Assembly: GCA_012295275.1 (NCBI GenBank)
Contig: CM022670.1
Coordinates: 36,456,001 to 36,520,000, forward strand
Origin: Chrysomallon squamiferum
Taxonomy: Eukaryota > Animalia > Mollusca
Reading direction: 5' to 3'
DNA length: 64,000 nucleotides
Part shown: positions 40,600-54,107 of the stretch, piece after piece
Position numbering within the stretch: the stretch's first letter is position 1
Layout: each line of letters starts with the position of its first letter
Notes under the pieces: generated by a model
Databases searched by the model: none
Seen by the model: the letters and a program-made list of their open reading frames with translations, nothing else
Told to the model about the DNA's origin: nothing
Program-made: the position numbers and the translations under genes

Positions 40600-41324
40600 T
40601 TTTTTTTTTGCTAAGATGGTTTAATGCCTCCTGATCACAGCACAGCTATTGAAAAGGCATACAGCAGACTTGCAAAGGACATATTTGTAGAATATGTAGT
40701 AATATACCTGCGTGACAAAGCTGTGTTGTCACTTTGTGATGTTGATTACATTCTCAGTCCAGAGACAAGAATAGAAAAGTTTCGACGTCTCGTCGACACC
40801 CTTCCTCTGTTTGGAGAGAAAGCTTTCGACTGCTTTGTGGAAGCTTTGACCAAATCAGGTCAAAATCATCTTGCTGAAATACTTCGAGGTAAGATTGTAC
40901 ATATTTTTGTTATTATTATTACTTTTTTCTTTTTATTCTGAAAGGGAATCATGATCTGGTCCACGAGAAGAAAAAATATATGATTTATTTAATTCATTTT
41001 ATTTTATTATTATTATTTTGTTGAGTTTTTTCTTCTTTCACTAAGTTAAATTTTTGTTTTTGTTTATTTTTTCTCTGTATGTGTATTTGTGTGCGCGAAA
41101 ACACTTTTTTCTTCTTTTTTTCTGTATTTTCTTAAGATGAACTAAACAAACTGACTCCTGTTTCGGACACACTAAGCAGGGAAGAATATGAGCAACAACT
41201 GGAAAGTGAAATACAAAGAACTAACGCCGATTTTGACCTAAGTTCCTTTATTCTTATGTTATTATTCCTCTTGTCACTATTTATTTTCTATAAAATCCGA
41301 TATATTAATACTGAATTTGTTTAA
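37491..41324 (+). CDS. Copy C (intact, 553 aa): polybasic N-terminus + extended coiled-coil + DD-like + CARD + hydrophobic tail with basic flank
   Basis: Exons are 37491-38105, 38458-38646, 39673-39883, 40256-40441, 40616-40888 and 41137-41324; all introns are GT-AG with phases 0,0,1,1,1 and no stops. The tail is 'DLSSFILMLLFLLSLFIFYKIRYINTEFV*'. Confidence 0.82.
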
Positions 41325-43191
41325 AGGTTAATGGGCAGTGATCAATCATTCACTACTATGTGTAACAGTTTCCAAATTATACCAGACTACCAAAAAATAT
41401 GTTTTTATACTATTTTACTAATATGAAATTTTTTATAGATTTGTTTTATTATTTATAAAGTATCTTCTATCTTTAAAGTTTTTGTCTAAAACAATGCTCC
41501 TTAATGAGGTGAATGAAACTAGATACGTAATATTAAAATTGATTAAAAATGAGTCATCGGCGAATTACATTTTGTGACAAAGATTCAAAATGAGTGAAGA
41601 GAGGTTGAACTTAAAGAGAAAATTTGACTTATGATGGCTTAAAAAGATGAATTTTATAATAAATGTATTTTAACTTGTTGTATAGGTGTTTCAGTTAATC
41701 AGAATGCAATGTATTTTTTATAATTATTATTTTTTTCTGAAATGAGAATGAAGAATCAAAAACATGAAATGCCATATAAAAAAGTTTATTTATGAAAACA
41801 GTGTATTATGTAAAAGATACATTTAAAAATGTTAATACAACTATATAATAACATCTGAATATTATAAAATATAAAGATTAGCCAAATTTTATTACTGTCT
41901 TTGTATAAAAACCAAATTAAGTTATTCATAGATCCTACATTATCAAGTGTGCATGTGAAAAAAGAACAACTTTGACCAGAGTCGGGTCATTTGATATAGA
42001 ATGTTATTTTTCTTGTATGTAGTTGTAACAGTGCCAGTCTAATTACTTCAAACACACTGGATCCTGCAAACTGAATAAGCAATTAAGTCACGGTTCATGC
42101 ATCAAAAAACAAAAATCATAGATTTCATTCTTGAAATAAGAGATTTTGTAAACATAACAAATCAAGCATTTCTGTTTTTGAAATCAGAAGTCAGCTATGA
42201 AAATTCAGCAAACCTTTGCAATTATGCAGAATGTGGCAAAAAGAGTGACAAGCTTAAGACTTAAGAAATATCAATGTTTACATAACTCATTATCTCCAAA
42301 ATGTGAAATGAAAATAGCAGACTGAAGAAGTTTGGCCACTTTTTTCCATGATTACCGATATTTAACATATCTCTGCAATCAAACAAACTTTGAAAATGGA
42401 GTGGTGTCAAAATGAAGCTGATGAAATCAGATTTCTTTATAATATTTATATAAATCAATATTCCAAAAATGTAAATTCATCTTTCATTCATTGTGCAGTT
42501 ACAAATATTTTTAAAACAAACTGCTAAAATAACAGATTTGAAAATATAAATATTAGGCAACTATTAAACTAAAATTAAAAGGTTTATTTGTAATGAAATC
42601 TACAAATAATAAATAATCGTGACACAAAAGATATTTTCAAAAATTTAAATATGTAAATATTTTAATCATCTCTTCCTTATACATTTTTCCAGTCACTTTT
42701 TGTAAAAGAACTTAAAAAAATAAATACAAAAAAGCCCCAGCTAAACTATATGCCACTGTTCAATTAAAAAATGAAAGTAAAGAAGCACTGCTGAAAATTT
42801 TATAAATCAAAAGAGATGTATAAATATGTTTTTTATTCATGTGTCTCCATTTAACGCCTGCTTTTAATAATAATGGTACTAGTAATCACTACAAAATTAT
42901 AAATTTTACTTTTCATAATTCATCTAAGAAATATAAAATCAACAGGGAGTGATGAATAAAGTTTGATTCTCATAATTAAAATTACTAAAACTCTGTAACA
43001 AAACGTTCTGCCAGTTGTAACTACTTAACCCTTGGATGTGTGTGTAGAGGATCACAGGATAATTTGAGTTCACTGTCTTATTAATGGCTACTTGTTCTCT
43101 AAGTAGAAGGGAATTAAAAAAAGTTTCATCTCAAAAGAAACTGTTTTCAAAATATTTTCACATAAATTTTGTATTTTTCTTGAACATTCCA

Positions 43192-46100
43192 TCAACGGCC
43201 TAAATAAGGTGGAGGTCCCTTCTGACTTCTGTCGTGAATGCTGTTCAGTTCCAGTTCTTCCATTTCAACAGCATCTCTGTACTCAGTCAACTCCTTTGAA
43301 ATCTTAATGCGTGTGTAGTCTGCTGCAAGACAAGTCATGAAGAGGGTCTAGAAAAAAATATATATTAATTTATATACAGAAATGCAACTATGAAAAACCA
43401 GTTATGGTTATCAGCTGAACAGGACCCAACAAATTTGTTTTCTTCTTTTTATTTAAATACCATGACATAAAATGCTGGGCCACAAATCAGACTATAGTTA
43501 CGTAAGTTAATTTAATAAGATAAATTAAACTGACAACATTAGATGAAACATTTCTGAATAATTTATTCATCACTAAAAATATGGCTTATCTTCAAACTAT
43601 AGACAGAAAACTGACTTTTGAAGGTTTGTTTATTATTTTCATCTAGAGATTTTGATATGCCTTATTACTAAAATTTTAAAATTTACCTCTTACATATATC
43701 ATGTTATATAGTTTACTTTATTTCATTGTACTTTCTTATACCTGTCTAAAAGGTTAATACTTACAACACATGAAACAACACTGTTTTTTTAGAAAATACT
43801 TATTTAAAAAAAATATAATTATAAATATTTTTATAATCTCACCATTCCAAGAACAATGAATATAGCTCCTATGGAAGCAACACAAAGCAAGGGACCAGCC
43901 TCAATCACCTCAAAAATTAATTAATTGCTAAAACTCTGTAACAAAATGTTCTGCCACTTGTAACTACTTCACCCTTGGATGTGTGAGTAGATGATCACAG
44001 AATATTTTGAGTTCACTGTCTTATTAATGGCTACTTGTTCTCTAAGTAGAAGCGAATTAAGAAACTTTTCATCTCAAAAGAAACTGTTTTAGAAACATCT
44101 TCACATCACTGTTATATACGGTGGAGGTCCCTTCTGACTTCTGTCGTGAATGCTGTTCAGTTCTAGTTCTTCCATTTCAAGATCATCTCGGTATTCAATC
44201 AACTCCTTTGAAATCTTAATGCGTGTATAGTTTGCTGCCAGACAAAAAAAAAAAAAATTATATATTTAAATTCATTTATATACAGAAATGCAATTATGAA
44301 AAACCAGTTATGGTTATCAGCTGAACAGGACCATGAAAAAAACAAATGCTAGTCCACAAGTCAGACTATAGTTACTTAACTTAATTTGATAAGATAAATT
44401 AAACTCACAATATAAGATGAAACATTTCTGAATAATTTATTCATCACTAAAAATATAGCTTATCTTCAAACTATAGACAGAAAACTGACTTTTGAAGGTT
44501 TTATTTGCTTGTTATTTTCATCTTGAGATTTGTATATTAACTTTATTTCAAGAAGAAGCCTTTGAGAATTTTGAAACGTTTACCTCTTACATATATAATA
44601 TTATATAATTTACCTTATTTCAGTGTACTTTCTTACACCCATCTAAAAAAATTAATACTTACATAACACACATGAAACAAAACTATTGTTTTTAAAAAAT
44701 ACTTATTTTTTAAAATGTAAAATTAAATATTTTTAGAATCTCACCATTCCGAGAACTATGAATAAACCTCCTATGGAAGCAACACAAAACAAGGGACCAG
44801 CCTCAATCACCTAAAAATAAAAATAAATAAAAATAATTTATAAAAGTTTGCTAGGAAATTAATTTCATAAAATAACAACATTGCCTATAAAAACTTTTAG
44901 TTAGCTCCCTTGAGAGGTTTGGATATTCTCATTATGAACAGAATGTAATTATTAAACTTAAAACTGATATATAATTTTAAAATAATAACCATGACAGAAA
45001 TATGTAACAATCTATACTGTTTAGTTATATATGCTGAAATATTAGTCAATTCAGATCAATATTTATAAATTTCAGAGTAGTACATAATTTTATACAGGTT
45101 AATTCATTTTTAAATTATCTATACATATTTTAAATAATTAAGAAAGAAAATTATTTTTACAAATAATTACAGCAATCACAGGAGAATGCAACAATCTGTG
45201 TTGTTTGTTTACATTAATATTTAGTGCAGTAAATATGTTTACACGTGTTAATTAACTTACTGTATCACACATTTGTTTAACTTCACCTTCACTTTAACTT
45301 TTCCAGTTGCTGAAAAACTGACTGGATAAACAGAACCCCAATACACACCTAAACGTGAAAAAGAAAAAATCATTAAAAAAACAATGTATGTAACAGGCCG
45401 TAAAAATGACTATTATTAATAAATTTAATTGAAATTATCTTCATAAGTTTATAAACTGTACAAATTCATGTTCATAAGAATCAGGTTTCATGAAACAGTT
45501 TGTTATAAAGTAGCATGTTTTTTCATCTTCTCTAATTTGTAAATCTTGAGAATAAATTTAATTTTGTTCTGATTAGTTGGGGTTTTTGGTTGTTGTTTTT
45601 TTTAACTAATATCAAGGTAGGTTTTATAGTATATTCAGAACTTTACTTTCACTGCATTTTGAAGGAAACAAAATACATTTTTTAATATGTAAACATAACG
45701 AAAACAATTTTATCATTTATTTACAAAAAAATTCAATCTGTTTCAAAAATATATTTGACACAAAAATAAATTGTAAATTATATGAATAAAAGACAAACAG
45801 AGAACTTTAAAACGTCTTACCAAACTTAGTCAGGTTGAAGCAGTAAGTAAGTGTTTTGCATTTCTGTTGTAAACCTCATTGTCACAGATAGAGTAAATAG
45901 ATGCATACAGAATAACTGGGATGACAGAAATACACATTATCACAATCTAGCCAAGATTGAGAATGTACATGATAACAGTGAACTGAAAAAATAAACAGAG
46001 ATAATTATTAGTATTTCACATTTACATTTATTTTTAGTGCAATTCCTTCCCCCAAAACAATCTTTACCAAACTTCCACAAACCAAATATAATAAAATTTA

Positions 46101-47160
46101 ATTTGCATAATTAAAAAATTGAAAAGTAAAGTTAACTTTTTAGGGAACATAGTACAAGAAATATAAAAATGTTCAGAATTAGTAATATATGTAAACTGTT
46201 ATCAATAAAAGAATAAATTTTATAATTCTTATTCTATCATAAAATAACACTACATACATTAAACATATTCTGATACTTGTAATTAAAAGTTAATACTAAT
46301 TTTTCTTTCAGGGCAGTGTTACATTTTGCCTTTTTTAATACTGGATTGACAAAATTTCATAGATTTTATCAATCATGATTCAATTTTGTTATTATAACCA
46401 AAAAATACTATATAAATATAAATTCAAAATATTGTAAAAATTTGGACTTTTGCATACAAATAAAAACACATTAGATAGATTTAAATAAATATGTTAGATA
46501 CTAACAAATGCTGCAGACACTCTTCCTCCCATAATGCACTTTGCACCAGAATACACATTCTGTCGTGTTGCACCAGTTGCCAGAAATCCAAATATCAACA
46601 AGATAACAGCATACACAGCCATTGCTACAGCAATGACAACAAAAACCACCTGGATAACCTCCAACCTAAATTTGTCATAAAGAAACAGAGAAATTAAAAA
46701 TTAAATTTAAACCTAATCATTTTAATATTTATTTAGAGTACAATTAGCCATTACTGTTGTTACAGAAATAACCCAGAACGTATCTTCCTATAATCAATTA
46801 TTTTGTTTTACCATTTTGGTAATTTTCTTAAATTTTATTATTTATTATATTTTTTCCAAGTCTTTAAAAAAATATATATACACAACAAGATTTGATACTC
46901 TATAAATATTGAACAAATTCTTTCTGAATTTATAAAAGTTTATTGGCAATTCTTTACTGATTTACTGTTTCAGTAAGCAGAGCTGTAAAATCATACTAAG
47001 TTTAATATGAATATTTGTGTACAAATTCCAACCAGCTAACATTAAACAGAAACAGATCATTCAGAACATCTTTAATATTTAGACCAAGGGCTTTGTTTGA
47101 TGTTCAACAAAACACACCAACTCCTATGATACATATAACTGTTGCCAGTAAAGAAGCAAA
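43192..47160 (-). pseudogene. M6 proteolipid pseudogene (exons 2-7, with exons 6-7 tandemly duplicated)
   Basis: Exon 2 remnant 47160-47033 (acceptor deleted), exon 3 46665-46506, exon 4 45982-45821 (TGG>TAG and 1-nt deletion), exon 5 45348-45261 (altered), exon 6 44810-44745, broken exon 7 about 44244-44118, second exon 6 43908-43843 and exon 7 43347-43192. Exon 1 is absent. Confidence 0.9.
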
Positions 47161-47295
47161 GAGGCATACATTCTCAAACATTAATAATCCTTGGACACAC
47201 ACCTTAAGATATACCATTAATATGGATTTATTTTAAAAACTGGTGATTATCTGCGATCTTTTGTTTGTAAATTAATTTGGACTAGAGCACTGGTT

Positions 47296-49010
47296 GTTGA
47301 TTTAATGACTAGACGTCTAGAGGCTTGTTATGTGCGGCGATTATTAGACATATGCAATAACCGTCAGAATGGAGCCCGAAAGTCAAAGTTCCTACCGCAT
47401 GTCCAAGCTGGTGCCACGACTGACGAAGAGCTAATCGTTCGTTCCGGTGACAGTGAGACAATGTTCAAGTAAAAAAGACGACAACACAACTTGAACCTAA
47501 GATGTGTTATTTGGGACATGGACTTGTTGGACTAGAAAAACAGGTAACGTCGACGATAGAGACGGACGCACACCGAGACGTTTCTTTAGTAGCTTATTTT
47601 GGGGTGTGAAAAGCTCCCTATGCTAATGATTGGAAGTATGATTTATAGCGCTTGGGGATTATTTTTACGAGAAAGCCTGCCACTAGCTGCATCGATACAA
47701 ACAATGCTTGAATGAAAAATGAAAGCCGTTTTAGAATAATCATTGCATTACCTGCAATTAAATGAATTATAATAGACATGCTTTGTATTTTATTGCACAT
47801 TTTTGATGACCAAATTTAATGTTATACTCATTTTATATCATTTCAGGCGCACCATGTAACACCAATATGTAATTGTGAAGAAGTATGGCATTTCTTCACT
47901 GTTGCAACTGGCGGTACACCACCAATGAAGCAACCCATCCCAATGCCTCTCAACTTGATATTACGAAAGTTGAGGATATAAGAGACCGTGGCCAGGGTTC
48001 CGACATAGACATTTCTACTTCAGTTATTGCTATGGATGTTGCTCCCTCAACCATCGCAATAAATGTCCTCCATTTGCATCGAAATCCACAGAATGACTTT
48101 CTCCGTCGTAATCGTGATCATCGTCTCATTGCTCAGCACCAGAATAGTGATCATGGTATTCTTGGTAATGGAGACGATTTGATCAGTGAACTCAGAAATG
48201 AATTTGATACTTTTGGATAATCGTATCTTGCCGACAAGGACAATTTTGGTAAACCTTTAAGAACATTTATAGAGCAGGGAAATACTTTGAAATTTAAATT
48301 CGGCACTGGAATCCGCACTACAGTGCTTTGGTAAGTACAGTGGGGTGGCCACAATCACGGGTAAAAGAAAGAAAGATAAATGTTTGGCAAGTTGCAACAC
48401 CATCGGGTCCATCCAACAACACTAGCTAAGGCCAGAAATGGCGTTGGTAGAGATCGACCAGTGTGTTCAGGTAGCGAGCGATAAGCCACACAGAGAGAAA
48501 GGAGGTTTGAAATGGATACCTTACTCTTCCCAAGTAATGCCAAGGATAAAAGAGCACCATAGTTTATCTAGACGTGTGGAAAGATATGAAGCATTAGGGA
48601 AGACACTCTCCGCAAAGTAATCTGCATGGACCTTGCTCGTGTTGCGAGAGATGACACTGAATATGCGTGTGGAAAGATATGAAGCATTAGGGAAGACACT
48701 CTCCGCAAAGTAATCTGCATGGACCTTGCTCGTGTTGCGAGAGATGACACTGAATATGCGTTGCATTGCAAAATAATCTGGAACCTTCCTTGGATGAGAG
48801 ATCATGGCCTTATTTAAATGTCCATAATCACCTCTGAAACAGTAGATACAGTGTAGACTTATCAATAATACAACGTAACTAAATTAATCACTTTGAAGTT
48901 TTATCTTTGTTTTGTTTTAGCTTTTGATGCCTTTTTCCCCATACAAAAAATTCGTTTCTAATAGTTTATCCAGGTTTGGGACACTTTTATTGGGTCACTC
49001 TCTAGTGTTT
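47296..49010 (+). mobile_element. Second, 5'-truncated copy of the MULE-like remnant
   Basis: Reverse complement of about 32936-34528. It begins abruptly inside intron 1 of the M6 pseudogene. Confidence 0.6.
48573..48758. repeat. 93-bp tandem duplication at the end of the MULE-like ORF
   Basis: CGTGTGGAAAGATATGAAGC...CACTGAATATG occurs at 48573 and 48666, with a third partial copy near 49473-49560. Confidence 0.9.
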
Positions 49011-49709
49011 GCCGATTGTGCTCCTCAAAGTGTGACAAGGTTCAGAAAGGTCATTGTAATACAGAAGGAAAAGAATGTGAAGTAAAAATGCTCGGTTTCC
49101 CAATGATGGGACTCAGGGAAACTTTTTCTGGGCCACCCTGTAATTTGTGTTTTAACACACACACACTTTATTTCAGCATAATATTTTAATTTTATTATTT
49201 TTTTTTTTAAATAAATAAATTATAACACTAGATTTCTTAGCAGAATGGTTGTAAATAATAAACTAAGTAAATAAGTAGGTAAATAAGTAAGTAAATAAGT
49301 CAGTAAATAAATAAATAAACAAATAAAGCAATTTGATTATGGCAGTACCGAAATTAATATAAAAATGACTAATTTAAAGTTATACTCATTTTATATCATT
49401 TCAGGGGCACCATGTAACACTAATATCTAATTGTCAAGAAATATGGTATTTCTTCACTGTTGCAACTAAAGAAATGAAGTATTAGGGAAGACACACTCCG
49501 CAAAGTAATCTGCATGGACCTTGCTCGTGTTGCTAGAGATGACACTGAATATGCCTTGCTCTGCAAAGTAATCTAAGTAGATACGCGAAAAGGTGATATT
49601 TATGACGTGGCAAGGAGCATGTGCGCATACGCAAATGTCAAAAAGTTGGTAGGAAAATAAATATTGTGCGTTTAATGTTTTAATATTTGAATATATATGC
49701 AATGATGAA

Positions 49710-49766
<57 letters not shown>

Positions 49767-52436
49767 TTTATTATTTTTTTTTGTAGTTATGAATTATTTC
49801 ATTTTAACACACACACTTTATTTCAGCACAATATTTTAATTTTTAAATTTTTTGCAAATAAATAAATTACTACACTAGATTTATTGGCAAAATGGTTGTA
49901 AATAATTAAATAAGTAAATAAGTAGGTAAATAAATCAGTAAATAAATCAATAAATAAATAAATAATAAATAAATAAATAAAGCAATGTGATTACGGTATT
50001 ACCGAAATTAATATAAAAATGACTAAATAAATAAATAATTACTTCTATTCTTGTTAGTTAATAGAATTGTCAATAAAACAAATAATTAATAAACAAAGTA
50101 AATAAATAAATAAACAATGTTACTATTTATAAACGATGCAGCTATTAAGATTTTATCAACAAAAATAACAAACTATATAACGCACCTAAGAAGACTGATT
50201 GTTTGACCCTTAGCAAAACGCTGAACACGAGTTACTACTTACAGTTGTTAAGCACGACACACATTCCGACTCCAAAGAATAACGAACCATGGAACGATCA
50301 AATTATTTTTAAAGAACCCCAACAAATAAAAATGCCCGTTATACGGTTTTTTCCACGTTAAAATATATGTAAATCTAAGGTAAAATTGCTTTAAAATGTA
50401 AAGGCTGTTCTGTTCGTTGTGTAAGTAAAATATACAGTAAATATATAGATATATAAATAGATGATTATATAAGGTCACATGCCATTTTACATAGAAACTT
50501 TATATATTATATCGTAATGTATTTAGCCAGCAAATTTTTTTTTTTTTTTAAATCGAATTAAAATGCAGGTGTAAATAAAAAAAAATTTGTGTGAGGCATA
50601 CGAAGTGTTGTGTTTTTGTTGTTTATATTAAATATTTTGATAATAATCCGATAAATCTTACCTGTCGCAATCATTTCCTGATCGTTAGCTCATGGATTTC
50701 CCATATCTTACAAAAATAAACCTTTGACTGTCACGTAAGAAACTGATTTGATTGGCTTATATAGCGACAGGTGATATTCTATTGCGAGTGCTTCTTTATG
50801 TTAAGTTACTTTAGTTAGGTGTCAAAGTTTACTATTTAATTATAAGTACAAATACTACAAACGCCAAGATTACTATTAATAGAAAATAACAAAAATAACA
50901 AAAGAAGAAGAAAATGTTTAATGAATCCGTATTTTTTTTAATTATTTGTGATTTTTTTATTTTTGAAGCTAATTTACAATTATTCAATAAACATTCAGTT
51001 TTATTACTTTATTTGTGTTGCTACGCTAACAGACGTTATTGTAATTTTTGAGTTGTGTTGAAAGCAGCTATAATTATGTTTTGCATAAATGAAACGAAAA
51101 CACGTATTTATTCGTTTCGTTAACTACCCATTCTTGTAATGACTGTGATTATTGTTATTATTATTATTTTTATTATAATCTTTGTTATGTTCCATTCTAA
51201 TAAGTTAATAGCCAAATCAAACTGTAATGTAGACGAGGTGAAAATATTTGTTTAAGAACTTGCATCTAATTGTTTTTCTTGTACAGAAAATGTGAATGAG
51301 CAAATCCATCATATACTATAACGTAATGTATTTAGCCAGCAAAAAAAATCGGATTAAAATGCAGGTTTAAATAAATAATTTGTTTGTAAGCCATATGAAG
51401 TATTGTTGTGTTTTTTTGTTTGTTTATATTAAATATTTTGATAATAATCCGATAAGCCTTACCTGTCGCAATCATTTCCTAATCATTAGCTCGTGGATTT
51501 CCCATATCTTATAAAAAGAAACGTTTGATGTCACGAAATAAATTGATTTAATTGGCTTATAAAGCAACAGGTGATATTCTATTCTGAGTAATTTTTATGT
51601 TAACCTTCTTTAGTTACGTGTGTTTATTTTTAAATCAAATTTTATTATTAGATTTAGTAGTACCCCTTTACAATAACTACTACTATCGCCAAGATTACTA
51701 ATTATAATAATAAAAAATTTCAAAAGTGCAGAAGAAAATGTTTCTTTATTAAACGTTATTAGATGTTGTAACTTCTATTTTAAGAAGTCGTAAAATCTTC
51801 TGTTTAGACAATGTGTAAAACCCGCTTCAGATCAGCACGAGTTACTGTGAATGGTTTGCGAAGCTTTGATCTTTAATAAAGCGATGATGAAATACTGGTT
51901 GGAACTGGAATTAGCCCAGAGGAAACGATGAATATAACTGATCCTGAGACATCCTTGAACCAGCGTTTTATTACCTGATTAATTATTTGTGAATTCTTTA
52001 TTTGTAAACATTATTTACAATTATTCATTACACATTTAGTTTTATTTCTTTAAGTTGTTATATTAATAGACATTATTTTGATTTTTAGACTAAAATTTTA
52101 CAAGTGTTGTGTTGAATGCAATTATAATCACGTTTTGTATAAATGTAAACGAAAATACGTATTTATTCGTTTAATACATTTATTATAACGACAGTGATAT
52201 GATTATTATTATTGTTGTTCTTATTATAATCATCATGTTATGGCCCATCCTAATAAGTTCATAGACCAATCAAAATTGTTTTGTTTTGGGGGTTTTCGGG
52301 GTTTTTTTTATGCAAATTAAATTTGATTATATTCAGTTTATGGAAGTTTGGTAACGAGTGTTTCGGGGGGCGGGCGAAATTCCAATAAAAATATATGTAA
52401 ATATGAAATACTACTACTAATATTTTTTTTTTTCAG

Positions 52437-52836
52437 TTCATCTATTATCACGTACATTCTCAGTCTTGGCTGGATTGTGACAATGTGTATTTCTGTCATC
52501 CCAGTTATTTGTATGCTTCTATTTTCTCCATCTGTGACAATGAGGTTTACAACAGAAATGCAAAACACTTACTCACTGCTTCAACTTGACTCAGTTTGGT
52601 AAGTCATTTTATTGTTGTCTCTGTTTGTCTTGTATTCATATAATTTACCGAATTTTGAAACATGGATTGAACTTTTAAAAAATAAATGATACAATTGTCT
52701 GGCAGCAAACTATACACGCATTAAGATTTCAAAGGAGTTGACCGAGTACCGAGATGCTGTTGAAATGGAAGAACTAGAACTGAACAGCATTCACGACACA
52801 AGTCAGAAGGGACCTCCACCTTATTTAGGCCGTTGA
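52437..52836 (+). pseudogene. M6 proteolipid fragment (exon 4 plus truncated exon 7)
   Basis: Same lesions as 30412-30811. Exon 4 is 52437-52598 and the TGA is at 52834-52836. Confidence 0.88.
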
Positions 52837-54107
52837 TGGAATGTTCAAGAAAAATATAACATTGATGTGAGGACGTTTTGAAAACAGTTTCTTTTGAGAT
52901 GAAAATTTTCGTAATTCCCTTCTACTTACAGAACAAGTAGCCATCAGTTAGACAATTAACTCAAATTATCCCGTAACATACGGGTTCAGTAGTTGTAACT
53001 GACAAAACCTTTTGTCACAGTTTTAATAATTAATTATGAGAATTTATAAAATTTTCAGCAGTGCTTATTTAGCGTCATTTTGTAATTTGACAGTGGCATA
53101 TAGCTGAGCTGGTTTATTTTTTTTTTAAAGTTGTTTTACAAAAATAGTAGGATAGTGACTAGGAAAACGTTTGAATGGTTCTAGCCAACAGAACCACACA
53201 AAAATTGACTTCTAATGCTTATATATTTTTGTGATTAGATGTCTCTAAACCTTCATTCTTCATTCATTTTAGTACTCAAAAATTCATTTCAGATAATGCA
53301 ATTAACAATGAAAACTACACTAAAGTAAAGACTCATTCCTAATGTATTATTGTAAACATTAATTCTAGTATTTTAGTATTCATTTAATTCACTAAACAAA
53401 TCACAAGACTCACTAAATTTGTTTTTTTTCCTTAGTAATTGAAACTGGGTTGAAAAGCTAAATTGTAAATTAGTTCTTTATAAAGTTTTGTCCATCATTG
53501 GTGCTTTTGATGTTGAAAGTCCTAAAACATAAAGTTTTTATTATCATGTCAGAATATACTATTTTGTTATGTACTGTTACATATCAATAAGTATTATAAT
53601 GGTTTAGTACCAACATATTCATAATATTTGCCATAATATACACGTAGACGGAAACTTTTAATAGCTTTCTTCGTTAGAAAATAAATGCTTTATTACTGAT
53701 CTTTGATTCCAGATTTTTCTCTTTATTTACTGTTGCAGTAACAACATACAGTAAATTCTTCGTTTAAAGTCAACATGTCAACTGACTTCATTTTTAGCAG
53801 ACTATTTCCATTAGATCTAAAGTAAACTTTTTATTTCTGTCGTTCATAATTTATTTCACGTACAGGATTTCATCGTTTTATCCTAACTGTATAGCATTTT
53901 TATAAAACATTGAACCAGTAAACAAATGACATCTCTCTCTCTCTCTTTCCGTATGTTACAATTTCTAATATAGAAGTTGCCAATTTATATTTGACCATCA
54001 CTATCGATTGCGGCATCGAAGCTTCTACTGTATTTGTGTTACTTTTTGAGCTTTTTGCTACAGACACAGAGAAATACACAAACACATATAGACACATATT
54101 ATTATAA

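Larger units (their letters stand above)
47296..53622. repeat. Inverted segmental duplicate of about 29430-34528
   Basis: Reverse-complement match through the MULE remnant, the intergenic DNA, the M6 exon 4/exon 7 fragment and the UTR. Confidence 0.88.
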
